A stretch of 64,000 bases of DNA, taken from contig CAVZZA010000003.1 in assembly GCA_963779615.1 (NCBI GenBank), positions 320,001 through 384,000 on the forward strand. The letters run 5' to 3'. Numbering within the stretch: position 1 is the first letter of the stretch; every line of letters begins with the position of its first letter. The position numbers were made by a program, and so were the translations under genes. Positions 21,357 to 31,682 of this stretch are shown here, one piece after another. The notes below the pieces were generated by a model. That model was given only the letters and a program-made list of their open reading frames with translations. It was not told where the DNA came from and searched no databases. This DNA comes from an uncultured Nitrososphaeraceae archaeon (GTDB lineage Archaea; Thermoproteota; Nitrososphaeria; Nitrososphaerales; Nitrososphaeraceae).

Positions 21357-21869
21357 TTACTCCATTTTCTTTAGAGGAGTTACTTTAGTTAACGTTGGAC
21401 ATCCAATCTTGCTTGATGCGACCCTGAAAGCTTTTTTTGCTAGGTCCAAATTGCCAGATGATACATAGGCTTCATAAATTGTATGACCTCTTTCTACTCT
21501 TGCTGCTAATCCAGTAGCTTTACCAAATGCACGTCTCATACCTTCTTGCAATCTGTCTGCACCAGCAGTCGCTATCATTTTATTTTCTCTCAGTATAACG
21601 TGAGGGAATACTCGCAACCGTGCAAAAAAACTCATATCACCCGCCTGAGACATTGTTTTATTTGCAGCCAATCTTGCTGCTTCAAGAGAGTTATGACGAA
21701 TCTGAATTCTTTCGGTAATAACCAATTCTACGCGATAATCATAATCATTTCTAGGCTGGCCAGATGCAAACCTAGCTATTTTATTTTGGGGTTTTCCTCT
21801 AATATATTCACGCCTTACATAGGGCATACCACGGATTTCTCTATAATTAACACCTTTCATCAATAACAC
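21357..21869 (-). CDS. rpl16: 50S ribosomal protein uL16 (archaeal L10e)
   Basis: QIRHNSLEAAR, FPHVILRENK, AGADRLQEGMRRAFGK. Confidence 0.96.
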   Translation of the reverse strand: MLLMKGVNYREIRGMPYVRREYIRGKPQNKIARFASGQPRNDYDYRVELVITERIQIRHNSLEAARLAANKTMSQAGDMSFFARLRVFPHVILRENKMIATAGADRLQEGMRRAFGKATGLAARVERGHTIYEAYVSSGNLDLAKKAFRVASSKIGCPTLTKVTPLKKME

Positions 21870-21917
21870 TCCTATCTTTAATAAATAAATGTGGTATGAT
21901 GCTCTGATTTATTTGTT

Positions 21918-22568
21918 ATGTCATTTGATGTCATTGAAGAGGAAAATAATAATTTAATTAATACTGACAACAATGTTGAATATATTGAGCGGTTGGACAG
22001 CAGTAATAGCAATAACAATAATGAATCAATATTACTTGCAGAGGCAATTATTCAGGAAAAAGAATTAAAAACAATTGTGAATGAAAACAAGGATAAAGAT
22101 CAACTAAGGAATAAAGGATTTGGAGAAAATTTTAATCAAGAATATATCCTTAGTGGTTTAGAAACTCTTTATCTGTTAAGCAACAATAAGATAAAACTTG
22201 TAGGAAAAAGAGAATATGATTTTTCTTCATTACTTAAAATGCTATTAAAGAAGGATAAAAAGATATTAACGAAATATTTGATTTATCGAGATTTAAGGAG
22301 CAAAGGATATGTAGTGAAAGAAGGTTTTGGATTTGGAATAGATTTCAGAATCTATGAGAGAGGAGATTATGGAAAAAGACCGTCGAAATATGTTTCTATT
22401 GGAATTAATGAAGGGTTAAATATAAAATCCAAAGATTTTGTAGATATGATAGATCAGATTGAAAATATGGGCAAGGATACCGTAATCGCAGTAATAGAAA
22501 GAAGAGGCGAAGTCATTTATTACAAAACAACTAAAATGTCTTTTTTTGAAAATAAAAAAAAGGGCTAG
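21918..22568 (+). CDS. endA: tRNA-intron endonuclease subunit
   Basis: YLIYRDLRSKGYVVKEGFGFGIDFRIYERG; catalytic His not evident. Confidence 0.85.
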   Translation: MSFDVIEEENNNLINTDNNVEYIERLDSSNSNNNNESILLAEAIIQEKELKTIVNENKDKDQLRNKGFGENFNQEYILSGLETLYLLSNNKIKLVGKREYDFSSLLKMLLKKDKKILTKYLIYRDLRSKGYVVKEGFGFGIDFRIYERGDYGKRPSKYVSIGINEGLNIKSKDFVDMIDQIENMGKDTVIAVIERRGEVIYYKTTKMSFFENKKKG

Positions 22569-22625
22569 ATTTGAGCCCCATAGCCAAAAAATATATTTTA
22601 TTATAAGGTCCCGTGGTAAAAACCA

Positions 22626-23015
22626 ATGCCAGAAAGAAAAGAACAAAGAAAGAAAATAAAAGAAAACTTTTGTAATCATATATTCAATATTGATGAAAAA
22701 ATAAGATTCGTCGGCATAGTAAATAAAGACAGTGAAGTAATTGATGGAGGTTTTAAAAAGGGCATTGAACCATTACTGAATGTAAACGAGGAACAAGATA
22801 TGTACCTACAATCACTTTCCAACATGTCTTTTTTTCAATCGTTTTCTAAAAAGTTTGGCCCAGTTGATTATCTACTAACAAAACAAAAAAAAATAACAAT
22901 GATGACGTTTCCATTTAAAAATAACATTTTATGTTTATCTGTTTCTTCAGTAGCTGATATAGACAAAGTCAGGGATGAAACACTAAAGTTTTTATCAAAA
23001 TATAATAAGAAATAG
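22626..23015 (+). CDS. roadblock/LC7-like thaumarchaeal protein (DUF6659-type)
   Basis: KIRFVGIVN...GGFKKGIEPLL...FGPVDY pattern. Confidence 0.7.
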   Translation: MPERKEQRKKIKENFCNHIFNIDEKIRFVGIVNKDSEVIDGGFKKGIEPLLNVNEEQDMYLQSLSNMSFFQSFSKKFGPVDYLLTKQKKITMMTFPFKNNILCLSVSSVADIDKVRDETLKFLSKYNKK

Positions 23016-23228
23016 CTTTTTTCAATCGACGAAAATTCACAATTGAGCAAATTTACAATTTTGATTAACTGTCAAGAAATTTCGTTTAATGTGCCTAATT
23101 ACAAACGTCAACGTTCAAGGTTTTAAAAAAATTACTTTTTTTTATAATTTTTATTTATCCATGCCCTTCGGCATATAAAGCCAAAAATAGACATATATAC
23201 TATTAAGCGATGTTAAACAAATGTTATT

Positions 23229-23378
23229 ATGGCAAAGGCAATATGTGAAGAGTGTTTTTATACGGCAGATAAAACCGAATTTGAAGAACATAGTGACTAC
23301 TGTACAGATTGTGTTTGTGAGCATGCAATGTGTCCAAAATGCAAAACAGGGTATCATTCACCCCTAATAACCGAATAA
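23229..23378 (+). CDS. 49-aa Cys-rich microprotein
   Basis: Not in ORF track. MAKAICEECFYTADKTEFEEHSDYCTDCVCEHAMCPKCKTGYHSPLITE*. Confidence 0.7.
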   Translation: MAKAICEECFYTADKTEFEEHSDYCTDCVCEHAMCPKCKTGYHSPLITE

Positions 23379-24346
23379 AATCACAGAAAAGGCATCACAT
23401 AAAATATATTTCAAGTAATAAAAATAATATATGTTACAAAGCAATGAAGAGAAAGATAGTCCCCCTATTATGTTGAATCCTTTTCAACGAAAATGAAGAT
23501 AAAAACCGGACTACCGAGTTTTGTAGCAATTGTTAATGATCTTTAAGAAATTTGGGAACAATTATCCTAAATCGGTGCAAATGACAATCAGAAATTATTC
23601 GAATGGATATGGGATAAAATACCAAGTTCATCCCTATGGACCGAATAAATGAATTGTGATAAAGTAATATTTTTGCATTCAAAAATGTTTACCCCACCTA
23701 GCCAAATGTTGAAAGAAATTCACGTATTCCAATAACTAATAATTACAATTTGCTCTATAAACTAAATGGCATCAAACAGACCGTTATCAACCTAAAAGAA
23801 TAAAATTAACAATAGGGAATTAAGACGACAAATAATCGATATGAACATAATTTTATAGACAACTGACAACCCGAAAACGATGATAGAGCATAGCGATTGA
23901 GCACGTTTTAATTGCAGCATGCATATAATAAATTACAAATATAGAATTCAGCAACGGGTATTTTACAATAGGGGCTCTTCATCACAATATCACAATTAAA
24001 AAATACAAGATAGGCTGATCAAGAAATACTATTTGAAATTTATTATGACAATTATCATCATTTATAATAAAAAAATTAATGAACGTCTGACAGTAGATTA
24101 TATGGCCCTCTTATGTATTGACAATTGTTGTTAAAGTAAAAAATTTATTTAAAGTATAGGTTTTTCACAATCTGCAATTATTTTCTATAAAAAATTAGCA
24201 TAATATGATATTATATAGATTTTGTAATCCCCCTTAAGGTTTTTAATAATAAATATATTTTAATTATAGTTTTATTAAAATAATTATACATTGTATTATA
24301 AAATTTATATAGGGAAAAAAATAAAATAATAATAAGGGGGAATTAA

Positions 24347-24484
24347 ATGTTTAACAAAGAGTCTTGTAGAAGTTGTGGTTCGTCATTAGAATCAATTAAA
24401 AGCTGCGTAGACTGCAAAGAGAATATGTTATGGCAATGTGATGTCTGTAACAAAATTGAGGAGTATATCCACGTGCATAATTAA
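24347..24484 (+). CDS. 45-aa triple-CxxC Zn-finger microprotein
   Basis: Not in ORF track. MFNKESCRSCGSSLESIKSCVDCKENMLWQCDVCNKIEEYIHVHN*; preceded by TTTATATA box and AAGGGGG. Confidence 0.75.
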   Translation: MFNKESCRSCGSSLESIKSCVDCKENMLWQCDVCNKIEEYIHVHN

Positions 24485-24653
24485 AAAATAAATAAATAAA
24501 TAAATTTAACCAATTTTAATACTCAAAATAAGGAAGAGAACATAACAGCTATTTTTTAGTCCCCGATAGACTCATGTTTTAAAATGTGCATCGTTATAAC
24601 GAAATTTTAAATGCCACAGTAAAACAATACTCCAGAGCAGTCAAAGCAGATTA

Positions 24654-24793
24654 TGCTTTGTTGCGTAACTCAAATTTTCGTGTTTTTTAGACGTGCTAGT
24701 TTTGTTTTTGTAAGAGGGAATAATCGATACTCGCATTATGCCGATATGTGCTCTATCATAAATTGACGAATTTAATAGCTATGCAACAAAGCA
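24654..24793. mobile_element. MITE family A, copy 1
   Basis: TIR TGCTTTGTTGC; flanks GCAGATTA/GTAGATTA (8-bp TSD, 1 mismatch); ~4 differences from inverted copy at 32130..32268. Confidence 0.85.
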
Positions 24794-24881
24794 GTAGATT
24801 AGACTAACATGTTAAAAAACTAACAGAATATGTGAACAATAAAGTATTTATTTAATTACGAGGCAAGAGAATTGATTTAAA

Positions 24882-25190
24882 ATAGGTAAACGCAAGGTTT
24901 TAAATGAGGCCCACTTAAAGGAATTGGTTATGCCCCACGAAGGGGAGTTATTTGGAAGAGTAATAAAGCTAGTTGGCGGAGACAACATAATAGTAAAAAG
25001 CAATGACGGAAAAGTCAGAACATGCAGAATAAGAGGAAAAATAAAAAGAAGGATGTGGATAAGAGATAACGATTTGGTCCTAATTGCTCCATGGGACTTT
25101 CAATCAGACAAAGCAGACATTATTTGGAGATACATTAGTGCTCATGCTGAAAAATTAGATACAGAAGGTCACCTTGAAGGCTTAAAGTAA
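24882..25190 (+). CDS. eif1a: translation initiation factor aIF-1A (frame extended upstream of the 24924 call to an ATA codon)
   Basis: CRIRGKIKRRMWIRDNDLVLIAPWDFQSDKADIIWRY; upstream in-frame GKRKVLNEAHLKEL. Confidence 0.93.
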   Translation: MGKRKVLNEAHLKELVMPHEGELFGRVIKLVGGDNIIVKSNDGKVRTCRIRGKIKRRMWIRDNDLVLIAPWDFQSDKADIIWRYISAHAEKLDTEGHLEGLK

Positions 25191-25715
25191 AAAGGTTAAA
25201 AGAAGTTTTTCCTGAGACATTCATTTTGAATGAAAAATCAATGTACCCCGCCTCTGACCCACAACAAAATCATAGTTAGCCATACACTACGTGTATAACT
25301 CATTGCGCACTCTCTGACGGGGAGTGTTATAGATTAATTCTACTCCTATTTATCACTATTTATTTCAAAAAATGGTTATTTTATTCTAAAAGTAACACAT
25401 AATGGAAGATGTCCTATTTATCAGGTACTAAAAACAACAGCAATAAACCCTTTAGAACATATTGACATGTTTATGCTTTTATTTTTTTATAGGCCGCCAA
25501 TCATTAAGGAGAAGAGATACCCTTTGAAAAACCTGCTAGATGGCTTGCTAGCTTTCTTTATCAAAGGACATCCATTATTCAAAAAAATCTAAATCGGTAC
25601 AGCAAAAGTACAAACCTCAAAATAAAATCAACAGAGAGAAAAAAAGTTTTAAGAGCATATCCTTGACAATAATCAGCAGTCATTTAACGGACTTTAAAGG
25701 AGAAATATTTATCCG

Positions 25716-27428
25716 CTACAAAAATTTCAATTTTTTCAAATTTAGCGTATTCATCAAAAGATCAAGGTTTATCTGAAAAACAGAAACCAAAGTCCTCAAT
25801 TTAAAATTCTCAATTACCTGTGGATAAATTTCGCCGATATCACCAATATCATTTTCATCATGTATGATTTTTGCAGAGTGCCCTTCAAGATAATGCTTTA
25901 AGTTTATTTTAGGGGTTTTGACACTTTTATTGAAACAGTATTTCATTAGAGACTCTAAAACTGATTTAATTTCAGTATAGTCAGTATCATTATGGGCCAT
26001 AACTACACCCAAAGACCAGTCCTCTTTAAGCCTGGAATCTTCGATTTGGAAGGTCTTGCCTATTTCAAAAAGCTTTTGAGGATACTTTTCATGGATATTT
26101 TTAGAGAGGGTCATCATCATAGATGGAATAATGGAATTTCTTAAAACCTCAGGGCCAAAGTTTTTTGAATTCCCTATCGAAACCAAGTCATTATTATTTT
26201 GACCTTGTATAAAGAAATCATCTAGAATCCTTCTAGAAATAATATTTGTATTAATTATTTCAGTAAATCCCAAACCTACTAAAACCTCCCTGATACTGTC
26301 AAAAATCAGTGAATTGATATTTTTGTTTCCTGACAGTGACAAAGAAGGAGAAGAGGCATTGAATCGATAGATTCCATATCCAATTGCAACCTCTTCAGCT
26401 ATATCAATCGGATGAAAAATATCAACTCTATAGCGTGGAATATAGCATTCAACATTATTCCCAATAATTTTTCCGAAGCATCGACTTTTTTCAAGATATT
26501 TAATGAATTCTTCACCGGTTAAACCAAGACCAAGGACTTTGTTAACATAATCCATGGACGCAATCAATTTTAACGGGTTTAATTCTGGAGTCTTGGTTTG
26601 TATTCCAAAAGGGGAATTTATTTTGACTGAAAAAATACCAAACCCCATATCACATAATTCAAAAGATAAAATAGAAAGAATATCCTGAGCTGATTTGTTG
26701 CTTGTAGAGGTTACCTCAATCAACATATTTTTTGTATTAAAGGTTACTTTTGTCAAATTCCCGTTTATAATTGGGGGAAAGGATAAAACATTTTTTTGTG
26801 AATCTACCAATATTGGATACTTTGGGCCCTTATTGAGAATATACCCGTAATCCTTTCCCACTTCAAAATTGTTTAGCATGTGATCAATAGTAAATTCGTT
26901 ATGTTCACCCAATGGTATAAATGAAAATTGTTTTGAGACAGCGGTATAACTCAACGGAAACAGGATAGAATCTAAATCATGCAATCCAATAGACGATTTT
27001 TTTCTTTTTCTACCTATCCCATTGTGTAAATCTTCTTGCATGGAAATTAGCTGTGAAATCTCATGCTCATTAAGTGGGTATTGCCTTTTAGCTACAAGGC
27101 CGCATATTATAGGTCGAATATCAACCACATTCTCACTAATGCCAATAACATAATCAGTATCTTCAACGCATTTGACTATTGGCAAACCAATCTCTTTTTC
27201 AAACAATCCCTTTAAAGCACGTAATATCCCGTTTTCAGAAGAATAATCAGGCCTATTAGGATTGAATTCAACTTTTATTATTCCGCTGTCTTCATCTATC
27301 CCTTCAATATCCAACCCAACATAAGGCAATTTTTCTATAATTTCCTTTAATTGAACATCTGGAAATGAGGCGGATAGAGAAGAAATCCTGATATTTACAA
27401 CAGGCATTTTGGGACAGCCTTTAGCCAA
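25716..27428 (-). CDS. pheT: phenylalanine--tRNA ligase beta subunit (true start probably MPVV at 27407)
   Basis: NPNRPD, QEDLHNGIGRKRKK, SFPPIING, YRVDIFHPIDIAEEVAIGYG. Confidence 0.96.
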   Translation of the reverse strand: MAKGCPKMPVVNIRISSLSASFPDVQLKEIIEKLPYVGLDIEGIDEDSGIIKVEFNPNRPDYSSENGILRALKGLFEKEIGLPIVKCVEDTDYVIGISENVVDIRPIICGLVAKRQYPLNEHEISQLISMQEDLHNGIGRKRKKSSIGLHDLDSILFPLSYTAVSKQFSFIPLGEHNEFTIDHMLNNFEVGKDYGYILNKGPKYPILVDSQKNVLSFPPIINGNLTKVTFNTKNMLIEVTSTSNKSAQDILSILSFELCDMGFGIFSVKINSPFGIQTKTPELNPLKLIASMDYVNKVLGLGLTGEEFIKYLEKSRCFGKIIGNNVECYIPRYRVDIFHPIDIAEEVAIGYGIYRFNASSPSLSLSGNKNINSLIFDSIREVLVGLGFTEIINTNIISRRILDDFFIQGQNNNDLVSIGNSKNFGPEVLRNSIIPSMMMTLSKNIHEKYPQKLFEIGKTFQIEDSRLKEDWSLGVVMAHNDTDYTEIKSVLESLMKYCFNKSVKTPKINLKHYLEGHSAKIIHDENDIGDIGEIYPQVIENFKLRTLVSVFQINLDLLMNTLNLKKLKFL

Positions 27429-28960
27429 GTCAAATTATTAGAATACAATTCACGTATGTCATTTAAATCGAATCTTAACATCGCTAATCTTTCAAAGCCA
27501 CCCCCCCATGCCAGAACAGGGTTTTTCACACCTAATGGGATTGTAACCTCGGGCCTAAACATCCCCATGCCAAACAATTCTACCCATTTATCAAATTTAT
27601 CATTATAAACCATTGACTGTAGAGAGGGTTCGGTGTAAGGAAAAAAGGTAGGCCAAAACTTTATTTTTTTAATTCCAAGTTTGTTATAAAATTCAGTTTG
27701 AATTCCCATTAATTGCCTTAAATTTGCATCTTCACTTGTAAAGATTCCTTCAACCTGATGGAATTCAACGAGATGTTTAAAGGACGCTTTTTCATTTCGA
27801 AAAACCCGCCCAATCAAAAAAACTTTGTCAAGTTCAGGTTTTTCTTTGGCCAAATATTGTATCGTTACTGGTGTCGTATGTGTTCTTAACACATACGATT
27901 TTGATTCTGAGACGTCCCACTTATAATGCCAATTTTGCTCATGTATGCTCGAGACATTTTTTACAATATTTTCATCTGGTAATGTGGATACAATGCTTTT
28001 TGAGGATTTTAAGTAAAATGTATCTTGCATGTCCCTAGCTGAATGGTCCTGAGGAATAAACAATGCATCAAAATTCCAAAAAGACGTCTGTGCCAAATCC
28101 CCGTCAATTTCACTAAATCCCATTCCTATCAATATTTCTTTGACTTCATCAATAAAGTCCACTAATGGGTTTTTTTTTCCATAACTTAATAACGGTAACG
28201 GTGCTTCAACATCAATTTGACCAAACTCTAAATTTCTCCACTTACCACTGATGAGATGCTCAGCTGTAAGTTTTCTCTCCGCATCTACACCAGACACCAT
28301 TTTGTTAAAGATAGAAACACCCAAATCGGAAATAACATACTTTTTATTATGAATCTTTTTAGTGTCTAAAATATCCGGCCTCTTTTTTAAAAGTTCAAAT
28401 GAAGCGATTTCGGATTTATCTAAACTAGAAAGCATTAAAGATTGTGACTTTGATAATTTTTTTATTAGTTTTTCTCCCTCGGATAAGTTCTCAGAGTCTG
28501 GCAACAGAACAACAGAGTTATTTTTTATATCAATCCATCCATTATGCTTACAAAATTTTAAAGATGCAAAAACTTCCTTATCGTTGTTATTGAATTCATC
28601 ACTTTTAACAATATCCGCAATGGTTTTTTTGCCTTTTTTTACGCAATTTATTAACTTCCTTTCTGGAAGCACAAAATCATTGTTCATATTATGCGATTTT
28701 TTTAAAGAAATCTCAATGTCTGAACTATCTTTGATTACAATCAGGTTTTTAAATTTCAACCACTCAACCCCTCTTCTTATTTGATCAATAGACAATTTGC
28801 TTTCCTCAATTAACTGATTGTCAGTGGTCCACTTTTCACCAGAATGATGCAGCATCGACAGAATACTTTTTTCAATAGGATGTAAAGAAATATTTGTTGT
28901 TCCCATTATGAAATCGTTAGAAGAAGGATTGCTTTTATCACCATTAGCATCAATAGTCAA
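27395..28960 (-). CDS. pheS: phenylalanine--tRNA ligase alpha subunit
   Basis: FWNFDALFIPQDHSARDMQDTFY, LRTHTT, EFHQVEG, FFPYTEPS. Confidence 0.97.
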   Translation of the reverse strand: MTIDANGDKSNPSSNDFIMGTTNISLHPIEKSILSMLHHSGEKWTTDNQLIEESKLSIDQIRRGVEWLKFKNLIVIKDSSDIEISLKKSHNMNNDFVLPERKLINCVKKGKKTIADIVKSDEFNNNDKEVFASLKFCKHNGWIDIKNNSVVLLPDSENLSEGEKLIKKLSKSQSLMLSSLDKSEIASFELLKKRPDILDTKKIHNKKYVISDLGVSIFNKMVSGVDAERKLTAEHLISGKWRNLEFGQIDVEAPLPLLSYGKKNPLVDFIDEVKEILIGMGFSEIDGDLAQTSFWNFDALFIPQDHSARDMQDTFYLKSSKSIVSTLPDENIVKNVSSIHEQNWHYKWDVSESKSYVLRTHTTPVTIQYLAKEKPELDKVFLIGRVFRNEKASFKHLVEFHQVEGIFTSEDANLRQLMGIQTEFYNKLGIKKIKFWPTFFPYTEPSLQSMVYNDKFDKWVELFGMGMFRPEVTIPLGVKNPVLAWGGGFERLAMLRFDLNDIRELYSNNLTWLKAVPKCLL

Positions 28961-29024
28961 GTCAATTAGAAAAATTAGGTGATTATTTTTAAACGTTTAA
29001 ACTTTAGATATGCCCAGTTTATGA

Positions 29025-30233
29025 ATGTCAGGTGAAAATAATAATATTTCATTTGATAGCAGGGATCATAATATTCAAATGGATATAAAAAATCAAAATA
29101 ATGTAGATAATAACTTTACTGTAACGCCTTGGGAGGTGGAGGGCAATGTTGACTATAACAAACTAATAAAAAAATTCGGCACGTTTGCAATTACGAATGA
29201 AATAATAGAGAAAATAAAGAAAATAACAGGAGAAGTCCATCCCCTATTAAAAAACAGATATTTTTTTTCGCATAGGGATCTGGACTGGATTTTAAACGAA
29301 TATCAAAAAGGAAACAAGTTTTATCTTTATACAGGCAGGGGACCATCGGGTCTCATACATTTAGGCCATGTAATGCCATGGTTATTTACAAAGTATTTAC
29401 AAGACAGATTTGACGTTAAGCTTATTTTTCAAATTACTGATGATGAAAAATTTCTTTTTAATGACAGTAAAGATTTGGAAACGATTAATAAATTCACTAT
29501 TGAAAACATACTAGACATAATAGCAATAGGATTTGATCCAAATAAAACAAAAATAATAGTAGACACAAAACACATCAATTATCTGTATCCACTTTCTATC
29601 GAAATCGCAAAAAAGATTACCTTTTCAACAGCAAAAGCAGTTTTTGGGTTCTCTAGTTCCTCCAATATAGGGATGATAGGGTTCCCGCCAATCCAAAGCG
29701 CACCATGCTTTCTCCCTTCTTTAATCGAAAAAAAATTGACACCAGTATTAATCCCAGCAGCGATTGATCAAGATCCCTATTGGAGAATCACAAGGGACAT
29801 TGCCGAAAAGATAGGCTACTACAAACCAGCTCAAATCCACAGTAAGTTCATTCCAGGTCTAACAAGTTCTGGCAAAATGTCATCTTCAAGGCCAGAAACG
29901 GCTTTATTTACCATAGACGAGCCTGAAAACCTGGAAAAAAAAGTGAAGAATACTTTTACGGGAGGGCAACCCACAGTAGCATTACAAAGAAAATTAGGAG
30001 GAAATGCGGACATATGTCCCGTATATTGGTATTTGAATTATCTTTTTGACTCCGAAGACGAATCCATCGAAAGATACAACAACTGTACAGGGGGAAACCT
30101 ACTGTGCGGTGAATGCAAAGGAGATTTGATAAAAGAAGTTAAACCCTTTATGAATAACATCCAATTGAAAAGAGAGAAAGCCAAAGACAGGATTAAGGAC
30201 TACATGATTGATGGTAAAGATATGGGCAATTAA
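29025..30233 (+). CDS. trpS: tryptophan--tRNA ligase
   Basis: VTPWEV, YTGRGPS..HLGH, IDQDPYWR, KMSSS. Confidence 0.97.
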   Translation: MSGENNNISFDSRDHNIQMDIKNQNNVDNNFTVTPWEVEGNVDYNKLIKKFGTFAITNEIIEKIKKITGEVHPLLKNRYFFSHRDLDWILNEYQKGNKFYLYTGRGPSGLIHLGHVMPWLFTKYLQDRFDVKLIFQITDDEKFLFNDSKDLETINKFTIENILDIIAIGFDPNKTKIIVDTKHINYLYPLSIEIAKKITFSTAKAVFGFSSSSNIGMIGFPPIQSAPCFLPSLIEKKLTPVLIPAAIDQDPYWRITRDIAEKIGYYKPAQIHSKFIPGLTSSGKMSSSRPETALFTIDEPENLEKKVKNTFTGGQPTVALQRKLGGNADICPVYWYLNYLFDSEDESIERYNNCTGGNLLCGECKGDLIKEVKPFMNNIQLKREKAKDRIKDYMIDGKDMGN

Positions 30234-30302
30234 AATGAATAATTTTTTTATATCTGGTATATCCATTAATAACAAACTAAAAGACATAAGAAGTACGGGA
30301 TT

Positions 30303-30584
30303 ATGGAAATAAAGTTTATTTGTGAAGATAGTTATGAGGCGGAAAAGCTATCAAGCATATTCACATCGCAAAAAGACAACTCATTATTTGTGATTGGGAT
30401 AGTCAAAGTAATAGAAAATGAGGCAGTAGTAAAACTAAAGGACGGGTCCCATCACAGTATTTTATTCAAAGACCGAAATAATGCGTTAATGTTAAAAAAG
30501 ATGTTTACAGAAATGTCATTAACCAAAAATAAAATTATTTCGATGCACTATAGAGGTAATGAGATATTCATGAATTTGGGGTAA
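30303..30584 (+). CDS. hypothetical protein
   Basis: 93-aa ORF with ATG and host-like composition. Confidence 0.65.
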   Translation: MEIKFICEDSYEAEKLSSIFTSQKDNSLFVIGIVKVIENEAVVKLKDGSHHSILFKDRNNALMLKKMFTEMSLTKNKIISMHYRGNEIFMNLG

Positions 30585-30596
30585 CATCATATATTT

Positions 30597-30950
30597 TTAG
30601 ATAAAATCTTTATTGTATTCATCCGTTATAATCTGATACACTTTTTCAAAATACAGAGAAGTAGAAAAAGGCATCAAGGGTATATAATCCCTAACGGCTT
30701 GTAAAACTAATGGGACTGCTCTTTTTGAAATTCTTATATCAAATTTCATCCACAACAATCTATTTTGAGAAAAGTTGATCTTCTCTCCCAACTCTTTATT
30801 GCACATATCCTTTGCTTTGTCTTCTATTCTTTTATACCAATAAGCTAAAACTTCCGGATCTAGACCTTCGTTTAAACCACTAATGTTGTTACAATATTCG
30901 GCTAATAAACCATCTATCTTATTTCCTCTGTTCACATAGTTTTTTACCAC
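30597..30950 (-). CDS. hypothetical protein
   Basis: 117-aa ORF downstream of coaD. Confidence 0.7.
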   Translation of the reverse strand: MVKNYVNRGNKIDGLLAEYCNNISGLNEGLDPEVLAYWYKRIEDKAKDMCNKELGEKINFSQNRLLWMKFDIRISKRAVPLVLQAVRDYIPLMPFSTSLYFEKVYQIITDEYNKDFI

Positions 30951-30996
30951 AAAATAATTTATTAGACGGCATCAAAATTATTTGATAAAACATGCA

Positions 30997-31470
30997 TTAT
31001 TTTTTAATTATGAAACCATTTTCGTCGATATCATTTGATCTTATTCTGCTTGAGGAAATGGGAAAACCATCTTCAGCCAATACCATTTTTACTGGAATTA
31101 CATCAACCGCAGGTAAACCCAATTTTAACCTGGTGTGATTTATTGTATTTCCCCTCTCCTCTGTTTCACTGCTGACTACTAAACAGTCTGTTTGATTTGA
31201 AATCATCAGAGGTCCAAAATTATCCTCCAATTTTGTAACTTTATAGTTATCAAACCCTATTTCCTTTTCAATAAATTTTTTTAAATTTTTAACACGAACA
31301 GGATAAGAATTTTTAATTCGTTTATTTAACATATTGCAGGCAAATTCATCGCTTGTTATCCCAATTACAACAAAACAACCAATTTCAAAGGATTTCCTAA
31401 ATAGCTCCAAATGTCCTAGGTGGAGAATGTCAAAAGTACCCCCCAAGACGACTTGTTTGTATCTTTTCAA
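30997..31470 (-). CDS. coaD: phosphopantetheine adenylyltransferase (archaeal type)
   Basis: GGTFDILHLGH, GITSDEF, VVSSET, ISSSRIR. Confidence 0.92.
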   Translation of the reverse strand: MKRYKQVVLGGTFDILHLGHLELFRKSFEIGCFVVIGITSDEFACNMLNKRIKNSYPVRVKNLKKFIEKEIGFDNYKVTKLEDNFGPLMISNQTDCLVVSSETEERGNTINHTRLKLGLPAVDVIPVKMVLAEDGFPISSSRIRSNDIDENGFIIKK

Positions 31471-31547
31471 ATTAGTGATTTCTAAACAACCACATCAAAA
31501 TATAAAGATTCAATTTTTTTCAAGTCACTTTTAACTTATCGAATTAT

Positions 31548-31682
31548 TGCTTTGTTGCATGATTCGAACTACAGTCAATCATGCCACATTCCTGGTAATT
31601 CATGTTAAATCATGACTAGATACTCTGGACAATAACCAAAACGCCAACAAAAAACGATTTGCAATAATCATGCAACAAAGCA
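31548..31682. mobile_element. MITE family B, copy 1
   Basis: Perfect 17-bp TIR TGCTTTGTTGCATGATT; flanks CGAATTAT/GGAATTAT; similar copy at 38510..38643. Confidence 0.85.
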
